Shown here: piece by piece, positions 8,736 through 17,493 of the stretch
How the letters are laid out: each line of letters begins with the position of its first letter
How positions within the stretch are numbered: position 1 is the stretch's first letter
Source of the DNA: a virus
Taxonomy: Duplodnaviria > Caudoviricetes
DNA length: 30,366 nt
Strand: one strand, 5' to 3'
IMG/VR virus record: IMGVR_UViG_3300037424_000015
Span: 1-30,366 of that record
Program-made: the position numbers and the translations under genes
Notes under the pieces: model-generated
The model's input: only the letters and a program-made list of their open reading frames with translations
Databases searched by the model: none
Told to the model about the DNA's origin: nothing

Positions 8736-9350
8736 ATGGCAGTGATAACATTTGTAGAGTCTCTTGAAAAAGTTGAGATGACGTGGGGTATGAAGAGACT
8801 TGATGCTGAGTCTCGCTCTGTGTTCGGGGTACAAGCCATTGAAGCTGGCTACCCATTATGGGAGGTTACGTTATCCTCTCCGATGGCTCCAGAGGTTATG
8901 TCAGGGGGCTGGAAAGCCCTTCTGATGCAACTACGAGGCAGACTTAATCAGATAGCTATGTGGGATATGGCCCGACCAATCCCTATTGGCACGATGCGTG
9001 GCACTATGGTTCTGGGTGTGGCTGCTGTGCAAGGTGATGTCTCTATGACCATTGCCACAGATGCTTCTCAAGCTAGCAAGACGCTCGTACAAGGTGATAT
9101 GCTCGGAATTGGTATAGGGCTTACGCAGCAAGTTGTCATGGTGGTTGCTGATGCTACGGCGGATGTTAGTGGAAATATTGTCGTAACTTTCGAGCCTCCT
9201 CTTAGAAATAGTTTCTCCTTGTCTTCCGCAGTAACTTGGGATAAGCCAAAGGCTTTATTCAGAAGAAACGACAGTCAAACAAGTTGGAAGTATACTGGGC
9301 ATATGGCAGAGGGATTTAATCTAAATTTGACAGAAGACTGGAGGCCGTAA
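8736..9350 (+). CDS. Distal tail protein
   Basis: Directly after the TMP; 'L..LRG....', 'V.ADAT.D..G...VTFEPPLR' and 'V.WDKP...FR' patterns with an inserted beta domain. Confidence 0.7.
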   Translation: MAVITFVESLEKVEMTWGMKRLDAESRSVFGVQAIEAGYPLWEVTLSSPMAPEVMSGGWKALLMQLRGRLNQIAMWDMARPIPIGTMRGTMVLGVAAVQGDVSMTIATDASQASKTLVQGDMLGIGIGLTQQVVMVVADATADVSGNIVVTFEPPLRNSFSLSSAVTWDKPKALFRRNDSQTSWKYTGHMAEGFNLNLTEDWRP

Positions 9351-9926
9351 GTGGCAATATCAGTTGAACAACAAGCAGCGCTAGAAGCACCAGTTGTAAG
9401 GGTACTTTACTTTGTATTCTTTGATTTCATTTCTGCACAAGCCCGTTTCACCAACTCCAATGTAAACATTACTTGGGGTGGCTATGATTGGATAGGATTG
9501 GGGGAATTCGGAAGTATATCAGAAGTTGAAGAAGAAGACAATATCGACGCTAAGGCTCTAACATTCACACTCAATGCAGGCATACCTGCAAATATAGCCC
9601 TTGCTGCTGGTGATGTAAGGGATTATAGGGGTCGCGATGCCAAGATGTACATGTGTCCCTTAGATGAACAGTTTAGGCTCATAGGAACCCCTGAGCTGTG
9701 CTGGAAAGGGTACATGGATATAATGTCTATCGGCATAGAGGGTGTTGATGCAAGTATAGCATTGAAGTGCGAGACGGCTGCTTACGGATTCAAGAGACTC
9801 CCAGCATTACGTATGAATGCTCCACAACAGAAAAAGAAATACCCCACAGATACAGGATTCGATTATCTGAATGATCTAATAGCTAACCCGCAAACATGGC
9901 TGAGTAAAAATTTCCAAAGGATTTAA
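9351..9926 (+). CDS. Tail tip/hub protein (gpL-like position)
   Basis: 'I.WGGYDWIGLG..GSIS.VEE' and C-terminal 'Q...YP.D.GFDY' motifs; GTG start with SD GGAGG. Confidence 0.7.
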   Translation: MAISVEQQAALEAPVVRVLYFVFFDFISAQARFTNSNVNITWGGYDWIGLGEFGSISEVEEEDNIDAKALTFTLNAGIPANIALAAGDVRDYRGRDAKMYMCPLDEQFRLIGTPELCWKGYMDIMSIGIEGVDASIALKCETAAYGFKRLPALRMNAPQQKKKYPTDTGFDYLNDLIANPQTWLSKNFQRI

Positions 9927-9927
9927 A

Positions 9928-10287
9928 ATGACATTGGCAGAGTACATTATGAAACACATGGAAACGCCTTTCGAGTGGGGAAAACATGATTGTGTGTTAT
10001 TCACAGCAGGCTGGATAAATATTAAAAGTGGTAAAGATATGCTTGATGGGGTTCCTAAGTGGAACTCTGCTAAGGGGGCTTTAAGACTACTAAAAAATCT
10101 AGGCGGAGTGCGTAGCGTAGTAGATAGCAGACTAAAAAGAATACCTGTAAATAGTGCTTGCGATGGTGATATAGCATTATTTGGAAAAGCTCTCTGTATT
10201 TATAGTGGACAACATGTAGTTGGCGCAGGGCCGGAAGGTTTAGAATTTATTGACAGAGGAGAGGCCACATGCGCTTGGCGCTACTAA
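9928..10287 (+). CDS. Tail tip assembly protein with NlpC/P60-like fold (gpK-like)
   Basis: PFEWGKHDCVLF ... GDIA ... AWR motifs; sits between the hub and central fibre genes. Confidence 0.75.
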   Translation: MTLAEYIMKHMETPFEWGKHDCVLFTAGWINIKSGKDMLDGVPKWNSAKGALRLLKNLGGVRSVVDSRLKRIPVNSACDGDIALFGKALCIYSGQHVVGAGPEGLEFIDRGEATCAWRY

Positions 10288-13200
10288 TATTATTGGGACT
10301 ATTCCCTGCAATTGCTTTTGCCGGGCCAGTAGTCATACTAGGTTTCGCTACAACTTGGCTGGCTGTTGCACAAGTTGTATTGACAATCGGCATGATGGTA
10401 TACGGTGCAGCTCAACAGAAGAAAGCAGAGAAGAAAGCACAGAGAGCTGCAGACGCGCAGAAGGCCGAATACAACGCTAATCTTAAAGACAGAACTATAA
10501 CAAGTATTGCTGTAGAGAACCCACACACGTATGCTTATGGAAAGGTTCGCGTAGGTAGTAGTATTGTAGGTATGTTTTCAAGTGGCAGCAGAGACGAGTA
10601 TAAACACCTTGTCTGTGTTCATGCGGCACATGAGTGTGAAGCCATCGAAGAAGTATATATAAACGGTGTTGCACTTGGCCTGCTTGATATAGACGGCTTC
10701 GTTACAAGTGGTCAGTATTTTAGAATAGACACGATAAATGTTGCAGCCATGCAGGTTATGGGTAGTGGCCCAGTGACACTGAATTCTAACTATATCCCTT
10801 CGTCGGTAACTTGCGTTGGCAGGGTGACTGGCTCTGAGGGTGGTTACGAGTTTACTGCTACCAGTTTCTCAGTAGTTGATAATGTCCTCACCGCATTTGC
10901 TACTGATGGCAGAACATTAACAGACTTCGACCTCTCCTATCAGTACACGCAAGAATACTCAGCAGTACGTGTAAAGAAACATTTAGGGAGTATGAGTGAC
11001 CCAGCCGACGCAACACTCATGGCAGATGTTCCATCTAAGTGGTTCTCCACATCTGTGTTGCGCGGGTTCTGTTATACAGTTATTCGCCTAGACCTTAACC
11101 AGTCGGAGTTTCAGGGCGGCATACCAAATATAGAGGTGTTGCTTAAAGGTAAGAAACTTTACGATTTTCGCACGGACACAACTGCGTGGAGTGATAATCC
11201 GGTTTTAGCAACTTACGACTACCTTACAAGCGAGTTGTGTGGTGTTGGTGCTGCTGACCTTCCGCTATCGAAATTTATCACAGCAGCAAACGTGTGTGAT
11301 GAAGCCTTTAGCTTTGGTAAGAGGTATACATTGAATGGGACAGTTACATCTAACCAGTCTCAAGCGCAAGTGTTGGAACAGTTTGCACAGGCAATGGCGG
11401 GTTCTATTGTGTCAACAAATTGGTCAATACGTGCAGGAAAATATACGGCACCTGTGCTGGCCTTGCAGCAAGAAGATATTGTAGGTTCTATAGCAGTTAC
11501 TCCGGGAATGTCTGACTCAGATACTTATAATAGTGTCCGTGGACAATACATCTCATCAGAGAATCAATATGTATCTACAGACTATGTCCCATACCAGAAT
11601 GCCAACTTCTTAGCATTAGACGGCAGAGAAATCTGGTCAGATATTGATTTGCCTTATACAGACAATTTGCAACGAGTGCACAATCTTTGTAGAATCTTCA
11701 CAGAGAAGAATCGTAACGCTTACACAGTGAAGGCTGAATTTTCGCTCAAGGCGTGGGCAGCACAAGTTGGAGATAGGGTAACGCTTAATAGCCCTTATTT
11801 CGGGTGGGTTAACAAAGTATTTGAAGTAACAGATAAGAAATTCTCTCCAACATCTGCTGTAGAGCTAACACTCAAGGAAGATGCAGAGGGTATTTGGGAT
11901 TTTGCTGACCAAGTGGTTAATGATGCAACCCCTAATACTAATCTCCCAAATCCATTCATTATTAGCAAGATAGCCTCTGTATCTTGCGAGTCTGGTGAAA
12001 ATATCCTTCAACTAGGCGAGTCGGGGACACTAATCTCTAGGATACTGGTTACTTGGCCTACGCAGACAGTGAAAATGGGGAGTTCAATAGAAGTTGAGTG
12101 GCAGATGCTTGGTAGTGATGTATGGGAGAAGACAAGCGTTACTGGCGAGCAAACTCAGGCGTATTTAGGTCCAGTATTGGACAGTGCATTCTACACAGTA
12201 CGTGCAAGAAACGTTGACCCATACTTTAATGTAAAGTCTGATTGGACATACGCAACACTCCATCAAGTTGTGGGGAAGACAATGCCCCCTCCAGATATAA
12301 CTGACCTGACAATCTCTGGTTCAATTATGAATTGGACTCCTGTATCAGCTATTGACTTAAAAGGTTACATATTTAGATTCCAATATGGGACAAGCCTTGA
12401 CTGGAATTCTGCCACACCGCTTCATCAAGGTATTATAACAGAAATGCCCTATGATTTGGTAACTCGTCCTAGCGGTGTAGTGGTTATCATGGGTAAAGCT
12501 GTTGACACAAGTGGCAATGAATCTCTTGCTACAGCCAACATATTTACAGACCTTGGTGATGCGCCTATACAAAATGTTGTCGAGACAATTGACCTAGATG
12601 CTCTGGCTTATCCCGGCACAATCTCAGGTGGTAGTGTAGTAGGCGGGGACATTGTTGCTGACAACCTAGACTCATTCTACGGCACTGGCACACAAAGCTT
12701 CTATGGGGCGGAACTCGATCCGTTTTATGATGCGTCAACATTTGCTCAGGTGACATATACAACAGACAATACAACTATAACAAGCGCCTTAGCGGGGTCT
12801 TTAATGACTCTGCAAGTAGATACACAAGGTGTAGATTTAGTAATTGAGTATAGGTTCCCTGACTCTACCCCATTTTACGACGCTGATGGGGCATCTTTTT
12901 ATGGAGCTGATGTTGATCCATTTTACGCGGGTGTACAGGGAGCTTGGATACCTTGGCCGGGTCAGGTTGTGGCTAAGAATGATGTGTACCAATTTAGAGT
13001 AACACTGGGGGCAGGAACTACTCAGGGGGTTATTTCAACAATGTCAATAATAATTGATGCCCCAGACATTGTAGAGTATATAGACGACTTGGCTATTTCG
13101 TCACTTGGAACAACTATTCCTTACACTAAAGTATTTAATGTGATTAAAAATGTACAAGCTACCTTGCAGTCAAATGCAAGCGGGGCAGAGACAATTGAAA

Positions 13201-13301
13201 TAGATAAAACAGTGAACTTAATCCCTAAGATTAAAGCTTACAACTCTTCACATACAGCAGTAAGTGGGGCAACTTCAGACATTACAATAAGAGGATATTA
13301 A
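10269..13301 (+). CDS. Central tail fibre/tip attachment protein (gpJ-like host specificity protein)
   Basis: 1010 aa; YG.VRVG, 'G.KLYD.RT....WSDNP....YDYL', 'AANVCDE', VGDRV, and FN3-like 'Y.VRAR....KSDW...VVGK..PP.D' motifs. Confidence 0.9.
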   Translation: MRLALLILLGLFPAIAFAGPVVILGFATTWLAVAQVVLTIGMMVYGAAQQKKAEKKAQRAADAQKAEYNANLKDRTITSIAVENPHTYAYGKVRVGSSIVGMFSSGSRDEYKHLVCVHAAHECEAIEEVYINGVALGLLDIDGFVTSGQYFRIDTINVAAMQVMGSGPVTLNSNYIPSSVTCVGRVTGSEGGYEFTATSFSVVDNVLTAFATDGRTLTDFDLSYQYTQEYSAVRVKKHLGSMSDPADATLMADVPSKWFSTSVLRGFCYTVIRLDLNQSEFQGGIPNIEVLLKGKKLYDFRTDTTAWSDNPVLATYDYLTSELCGVGAADLPLSKFITAANVCDEAFSFGKRYTLNGTVTSNQSQAQVLEQFAQAMAGSIVSTNWSIRAGKYTAPVLALQQEDIVGSIAVTPGMSDSDTYNSVRGQYISSENQYVSTDYVPYQNANFLALDGREIWSDIDLPYTDNLQRVHNLCRIFTEKNRNAYTVKAEFSLKAWAAQVGDRVTLNSPYFGWVNKVFEVTDKKFSPTSAVELTLKEDAEGIWDFADQVVNDATPNTNLPNPFIISKIASVSCESGENILQLGESGTLISRILVTWPTQTVKMGSSIEVEWQMLGSDVWEKTSVTGEQTQAYLGPVLDSAFYTVRARNVDPYFNVKSDWTYATLHQVVGKTMPPPDITDLTISGSIMNWTPVSAIDLKGYIFRFQYGTSLDWNSATPLHQGIITEMPYDLVTRPSGVVVIMGKAVDTSGNESLATANIFTDLGDAPIQNVVETIDLDALAYPGTISGGSVVGGDIVADNLDSFYGTGTQSFYGAELDPFYDASTFAQVTYTTDNTTITSALAGSLMTLQVDTQGVDLVIEYRFPDSTPFYDADGASFYGADVDPFYAGVQGAWIPWPGQVVAKNDVYQFRVTLGAGTTQGVISTMSIIIDAPDIVEYIDDLAISSLGTTIPYTKVFNVIKNVQATLQSNASGAETIEIDKTVNLIPKIKAYNSSHTAVSGATSDITIRGY

Positions 13302-14222
13302 ATGGCAACACCTCCACTAAGAACAGAGATAGCAGATACATACCCAAACCCTACGAATGCTGTGGCAAGGGGTGGTTTTGGAAAACTTTATGACTATGTT
13401 ACAGGTCTACTAGGCTCTACAGGCAACGCAGCAGAGGCCAGAGTTTCTCTAGGAGTTCCTAGTATTGCGGGAGATACGTTCACTGGGCTAGTAAAATATA
13501 AAACAGGCGCGAGTATTACGTCTGCTTCAACTATCGATCTATCCACAGCGACTGGTAACACAGTGCACATTACAGGGATTACGGCGATAAGCGCGGTAAC
13601 AATGTCTAATGGACAAGTAATGGACGTGATATTTGATGGTGCTCTTGCATTAACGCACCATCCAACGACAAATAAGCTCCCTAGCGGTGCAAACATCACC
13701 ACGGCAACAGGAGATACGGCAAGGTATTTTTATGATGGCTCTATAGTCTATTGCCTCTCTTATTCGAGAGCCTCTGGAGCTACACAGGCTAACCGTACAT
13801 TCGTCGCTTATACTGGAAATAGCGCCCTTTCTGCAACTATCCCTTTTGACAACAGTGTACCCCAAGCAGATGAGGGGACACAAATACTGAGCACAACAAT
13901 AACACCTAGATCAACTACAGAAGTTATTAGGCTGCGTTATCAAGGAAATGCTGCGGTAGCCGGTGCGGCACAGGGCTTCATCTCTGCGCTGTTTGTAAAT
14001 GGTGTACCAGTAGCAGCACAACCCATAGTATCACCCGGTAGCAATATTGTTTTTTCTCACGGATTTGAATTTGAGCATGTGCCGGGGACAACATCCCCTC
14101 AAACCTACACAATACGTGTAGGGGCGCAAACAGACTCTACCTATATGAACGGGACAACAGCAGGCCGCATAGGTGGTGGGGTTTCTCTTTGTTCTTTGGT
14201 TGCTGAAGGGCTACAAACATGA
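13302..14222 (+). CDS. Tail fibre/receptor-binding protein
   Basis: Thr/Gly/Ser-rich; includes an 'ITSASTIDL...GN.VHITG.T.I...LPSGANITTA.GD' module common in fibre proteins; directly after gpJ. Confidence 0.75.
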   Translation: MATPPLRTEIADTYPNPTNAVARGGFGKLYDYVTGLLGSTGNAAEARVSLGVPSIAGDTFTGLVKYKTGASITSASTIDLSTATGNTVHITGITAISAVTMSNGQVMDVIFDGALALTHHPTTNKLPSGANITTATGDTARYFYDGSIVYCLSYSRASGATQANRTFVAYTGNSALSATIPFDNSVPQADEGTQILSTTITPRSTTEVIRLRYQGNAAVAGAAQGFISALFVNGVPVAAQPIVSPGSNIVFSHGFEFEHVPGTTSPQTYTIRVGAQTDSTYMNGTTAGRIGGGVSLCSLVAEGLQT

Positions 14223-14623
14223 CTTATATAATTCTGAGGGCTAACTATGCAAATTCAGAAAACACTTCCATACTATTAAAAACTGTAGAGGCTGGTGATA
14301 TTGTAGTTAGTCCACTAGATACACCAACCTTGTGGGAAGATGCTCTAGCAGCAAATCCAGAGGCATACTCGCCTGTTGTAGCGATACCTTCATTTGTAAC
14401 TATGCGGCAAGCCCGCCTTGCACTACTAAGTCAAGGCTTGCTGGATGACGTAGATGCAGCCATAGCAGCTATGGCGGGCGTACAAGGCGAGGCCGCTAGA
14501 ATAGAGTGGCAGTATAGTCAAGAGGTGCATAGGAATAAACAAATAGTCGCAGCACTAGCGCCAATACTAGGTTTTACAGAGCAGCAATTAGATTCCTTAT
14601 TCCTCTTAGCGTCCGGACTTTAA
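14219..14623 (+). CDS. Tail-fibre-associated/assembly protein
   Basis: C-terminal 'P..VTMRQARLALL..GLLD.V...I...A.IEW.Y...V.R....V..L...LG.T..QLD.LF..A' domain that recurs after phage fibre genes. Confidence 0.7.
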   Translation: MTYIILRANYANSENTSILLKTVEAGDIVVSPLDTPTLWEDALAANPEAYSPVVAIPSFVTMRQARLALLSQGLLDDVDAAIAAMAGVQGEAARIEWQYSQEVHRNKQIVAALAPILGFTEQQLDSLFLLASGL

Positions 14624-14624
14624 C

Positions 14625-15137
14625 ATGAAGCTGGCATCATACAAAACATCAAGGGAAGGATTTTTAGGAATCTTCAATTGGATGATTAGAATACGCTTAA
14701 AAGGTTTGTATAGTCATACAGAGGTTGTATTTGTGCCAGAAGATTGTGTAGCTAGTTTTATGCCGGACGGTACATGCGAGCCTATTGACGGAATGTACTG
14801 GTGTGCCTCATCTGTAGCCAGCGATAAGATGCCTGTATGGTCCCCAAGACGTGCAGGACGTACAGGTGGGGTAAGGTTCAAACGAGTCCTCCTCGATCCA
14901 AATAAATGGGACGTAGTTGAATATAAGCACAACCCTATAAAAGCTGCTAAGTGGTTTAAGGATAATCAGGGAGCACCCTATGATTGGCAACAAATATTCG
15001 GCTTCATTTCTTGGCTTATGCCAGAGAAAAGTGGGAGATATATGTGCTCTGAGTCTTGTGCAGAGTCTGCTGGTTACGAAGATTCCTACAGGTTTGATCC
15101 TTGTATCCTGTATACCATATCTAAAAACTCTAACTAA
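14625..15137 (+). CDS. Permuted papain-like (YiiX/YebB-type NlpC/P60) protein
   Basis: His motif YSHTE comes before G.PYD and the Cys motif YMCSE, i.e. the circularly permuted order. Confidence 0.65.
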   Translation: MKLASYKTSREGFLGIFNWMIRIRLKGLYSHTEVVFVPEDCVASFMPDGTCEPIDGMYWCASSVASDKMPVWSPRRAGRTGGVRFKRVLLDPNKWDVVEYKHNPIKAAKWFKDNQGAPYDWQQIFGFISWLMPEKSGRYMCSESCAESAGYEDSYRFDPCILYTISKNSN

Positions 15138-15148
15138 GAAAGTAAGAA

Positions 15149-15559
15149 ATGCAAGGAATTACTATGGAGCTTATCTCAAATATAGGTGTGATCGGAGTCC
15201 TTGGCCTGTTCCTAGGCCTTGGCCTAGTCCGATGGTACTCACAGAATACCAGAGATAATGCCCGAAATGAAGCTGAAGAAAGCCTATACAAGAATTTATC
15301 GGCAGAGAATACACGTATGGCTGAGATGCTTGCAACAATGACTGTAAAGCTTAACATGCTGCTTAATGACAACACAGCCTTAATGCATAGAGTTGCAGCA
15401 CTAGAAGGCAGCATTAATGAGCTGTCCGTATGGGAGGCTAAGGGTATCAAGTTGCAAGCAGAAGTAGTTGCAAGAGATTCTGTAATCTCTGGACTGAACC
15501 TTAGACTCGCACAACATGAATTGACAATAGAGAAACTAATGAATAGAGGGCCACAATGA
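15149..15559 (+). CDS. Single-TM coiled-coil lysis-region protein (holin/antiholin candidate)
   Basis: N-terminal hydrophobic helix IGVIGVLGLFLGLGLV followed by heptad-rich sequence; first gene of the lysis cassette. Confidence 0.5.
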   Translation: MQGITMELISNIGVIGVLGLFLGLGLVRWYSQNTRDNARNEAEESLYKNLSAENTRMAEMLATMTVKLNMLLNDNTALMHRVAALEGSINELSVWEAKGIKLQAEVVARDSVISGLNLRLAQHELTIEKLMNRGPQ

Positions 15560-15768
15560 AACTAATTGAAGATTGGAAGAGTGCTTGGAAGATGCTCAGT
15601 GTTCAAGCTAATATCGTAGGTGCTTCTATCATTGGTGGGTATATGTATTTGCCAGAGGAGTTTAAGAAAGAAATCCCTACTAAGTATGTTCTGATAGCTG
15701 CCGGAGTATCTTTCTTGGCAGGGCTTATTGGCAGGATAATTGACCAGAATATAGCTGCAAAGTTGTAA
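15556..15768 (+). CDS. Holin
   Basis: 70 aa, two TM helices, 'LIEDWK.AWKMLSVQ...RIIDQ' pattern; directly upstream of the endolysin. Confidence 0.7.
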   Translation: MKLIEDWKSAWKMLSVQANIVGASIIGGYMYLPEEFKKEIPTKYVLIAAGVSFLAGLIGRIIDQNIAAKL

Positions 15769-16310
15769 TGGAAATTACCAAAGAGCAGCTCCTTAAAATT
15801 ATGCCGGGAGCTAGACAACGTGCTGAGAAGTACGTTGGCCCTCTTAATGCGGCTATGAAAGAGTTTGGCATAGATACGAAGCTACGTGTTGCGGCCTTCT
15901 TATCGCAGATAGGACACGAGAGTGGTCAGCTTCTCTATGTCAAGGAGCTTGCTTCGGGGGCTGCTTACGAAGGACGTAGGGATTTGGGTAATTTGTTTCC
16001 CGGAGACGGCGTCCGGTATAAGGGTCGCGGACTTATTCAATTAACAGGCAGAGCAAACTACACATCAATGATGATGGAGCTTGACATAGACTGTCTTGAA
16101 CACCCAGAGTTGGTTGAGCTTCCAGAGAATGCTTGCAGAAGCGCGGCATGGTTTTGGGACAGAGATGGCCTGAACGAGTGGGCCGACAAGGGCGACATTG
16201 ACGGGGTATCTGACAAAGTTAATCGTGGACGTAAGACAATTAAGATTGGCGACTCTAACGGATGGGCTGATAGGCTAGCAATTTACAAGAGGGCTTTAGA
16301 AGTCCTTTAA
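15768..16310 (+). CDS. Endolysin, glycoside hydrolase family 19
   Basis: AAFLSQIGHESG, DG.RYKGRGLIQLTGR.NY and SAAWFW motifs. Confidence 0.95.
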   Translation: MEITKEQLLKIMPGARQRAEKYVGPLNAAMKEFGIDTKLRVAAFLSQIGHESGQLLYVKELASGAAYEGRRDLGNLFPGDGVRYKGRGLIQLTGRANYTSMMMELDIDCLEHPELVELPENACRSAAWFWDRDGLNEWADKGDIDGVSDKVNRGRKTIKIGDSNGWADRLAIYKRALEVL

Positions 16311-16319
16311 GGAGACATA

Positions 16320-16649
16320 ATGTTTACAGGACTTTGGACAAAGGCTATTGCAATTCTAGTTTTGATTACAGCTATTCTTTCTAGCTATTGGTACGTGTAT
16401 AACGCGGGAAAACGTAATCAGCAAATGCAGACAATTGTTGAAGTGGCTAAAGCTAATGAGGCTGCTACAAAGAGCTTCAACAATTTGTGGGACTTATACG
16501 TAGCTGAGCAAGGTAATACAAAAGAACGTGTTGTAAAAGTGGTAAAAGAGATTGAGAAGATTGTGGAACGTCCTGTGTATAGTAATGTGTGCATAGACGA
16601 AGAAGGAAAAGACAAGATTAATGAAATCTTAGTAGGGGGCGGGAAATGA
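16320..16649 (+). CDS. Rz: i-spanin
   Basis: N-terminal TM helix, helical periplasmic part, C-terminal 'V..PVY...CID..G' Cys motif; follows the endolysin. Confidence 0.8.
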   Translation: MFTGLWTKAIAILVLITAILSSYWYVYNAGKRNQQMQTIVEVAKANEAATKSFNNLWDLYVAEQGNTKERVVKVVKEIEKIVERPVYSNVCIDEEGKDKINEILVGGGK

Positions 16650-16885
16650 GGAATATCTTAATAGCCATAGGAGTCGTTTTAAGCCTCTCAGGGTGTGCTG
16701 TAGGGCAAGTGGCTACACAGCCTATACCGGCATCCTTTCTGCAGCCCTGTGAGCGTCCTAGTGCGTTGTTGGGCATTACTGGGAAAGATTTGACAGACGC
16801 TCTTGTAAAGAATGGAATATTATTGCACAAATGTGCAGATGAAAAAAAGGCTCTTATAGATGCTGTAAAAATAAAGCAGGAATAA
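16646..16885 (+). CDS. Rz1: o-spanin lipoprotein
   Basis: Lipobox LSGC, Pro-rich 'PIPASFLQPC..P' and a second Cys; ATGA overlap with the i-spanin. Confidence 0.85.
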   Translation: MRNILIAIGVVLSLSGCAVGQVATQPIPASFLQPCERPSALLGITGKDLTDALVKNGILLHKCADEKKALIDAVKIKQE

Positions 16886-16921
16886 GAGCCTGTAAGTTTA
16901 GCTTTCTGGTAGAGAGCATTT

Positions 16922-16956
16922 CCCGTATTCCTGAAAAGGTCTACGGGCTTTTTATT
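16922..16956 (+). terminator. Rho-independent terminator at the end of the late operon
   Basis: CCCGTA-tt-CCT-GAAA-AGG-tc-TACGGG followed by CTTTTTATT, where plus- and minus-strand transcription converge. Confidence 0.7.
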
Positions 16957-16965
16957 GCCTGATAG

Positions 16966-17157
16966 TTATTCCTCTGCACCCATAGAAACTTTAATATCCT
17001 TCACAGGTATCTCAATTATCGCTGTGACTATGCTATCAATCTCATAGTTAATTTTGACAGAGATGGCTTGAAGCTCTTCGCCAAGCTCTGTAAATACTTT
17101 CACACGACCTTGGCAACCCCTACTGGTAGGCGTCTGAATAACAACTCCGCTACTCAT
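16966..17157 (-). CDS. Hypothetical protein
   Basis: 63 aa; start overlaps the upstream stop (TAATG); last gene of the minus-strand arm. Confidence 0.55.
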   Translation of the reverse strand: MSSGVVIQTPTSRGCQGRVKVFTELGEELQAISVKINYEIDSIVTAIIEIPVKDIKVSMGAEE

Positions 17158-17432
17158 TAGTTATCCACCACATCGTCAAGCGTACTAAACAATTCACCTA
17201 ATTGTTTTGTCTCCTTAGTCTTGTATGTATAGCGCTGTTTAAGATACTTAGACACTTTAGGCTTCTTAAGCTTTGTAGCATCAGCCATTTCTTGCACAAG
17301 CACTTTAAAATCCTCATTCAACGCTTCAACTTCTGAAAGAATTTGTGTAGAGCGTCGCGTAAAGGCTTGCATCTCGTCCGAGTTGAGTGTTACGTTACCT
17401 TCTACTGTATCCAAGCTTACTGTTGTTGCCAT
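17157..17432 (-). CDS. Small helical DNA-binding protein (T4 DsbA/GapR-like by pattern)
   Basis: 91 aa, helical, 'E.EAL.ED.K.LV.E......L.K..V.KYLK.RY'; strong SD TAAGGAG and its own promoter. The family call is an inference. Confidence 0.5.
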   Translation of the reverse strand: MATTVSLDTVEGNVTLNSDEMQAFTRRSTQILSEVEALNEDFKVLVQEMADATKLKKPKVSKYLKQRYTYKTKETKQLGELFSTLDDVVDN

Positions 17433-17464
17433 TTTATTTCTCCTTAGTGTTGTTTAAAAATCAT

Positions 17465-17493
17465 ATCCTACTACTTTTTATAATAACCGTCAA
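17465..17493 (-). promoter_or_regulatory. Sigma70-like promoter
   Basis: TTGACG-17 nt-TAGGAT; the -35 box overlaps the TGA stop of the upstream gene. Confidence 0.6.

Noticed and set aside
8023-8856. 277-aa minus-strand ORF
   Set aside because: Antisense shadow of the tape measure C-terminus, with no RBS or recognisable motifs. The same applies to the other short opposite-strand ORFs in the track.
13302-14623. Diversity-generating retroelement or invertible fibre cassette
   Set aside because: No duplicated template/variable repeat, reverse transcriptase or invertase seen in the window.
16895-16950. tRNA remnant (TAGCTTTCTGGTAGAGAGCA resembles a D arm)
   Set aside because: No anticodon stem, T loop or acceptor stem; better explained as terminator-region hairpins.
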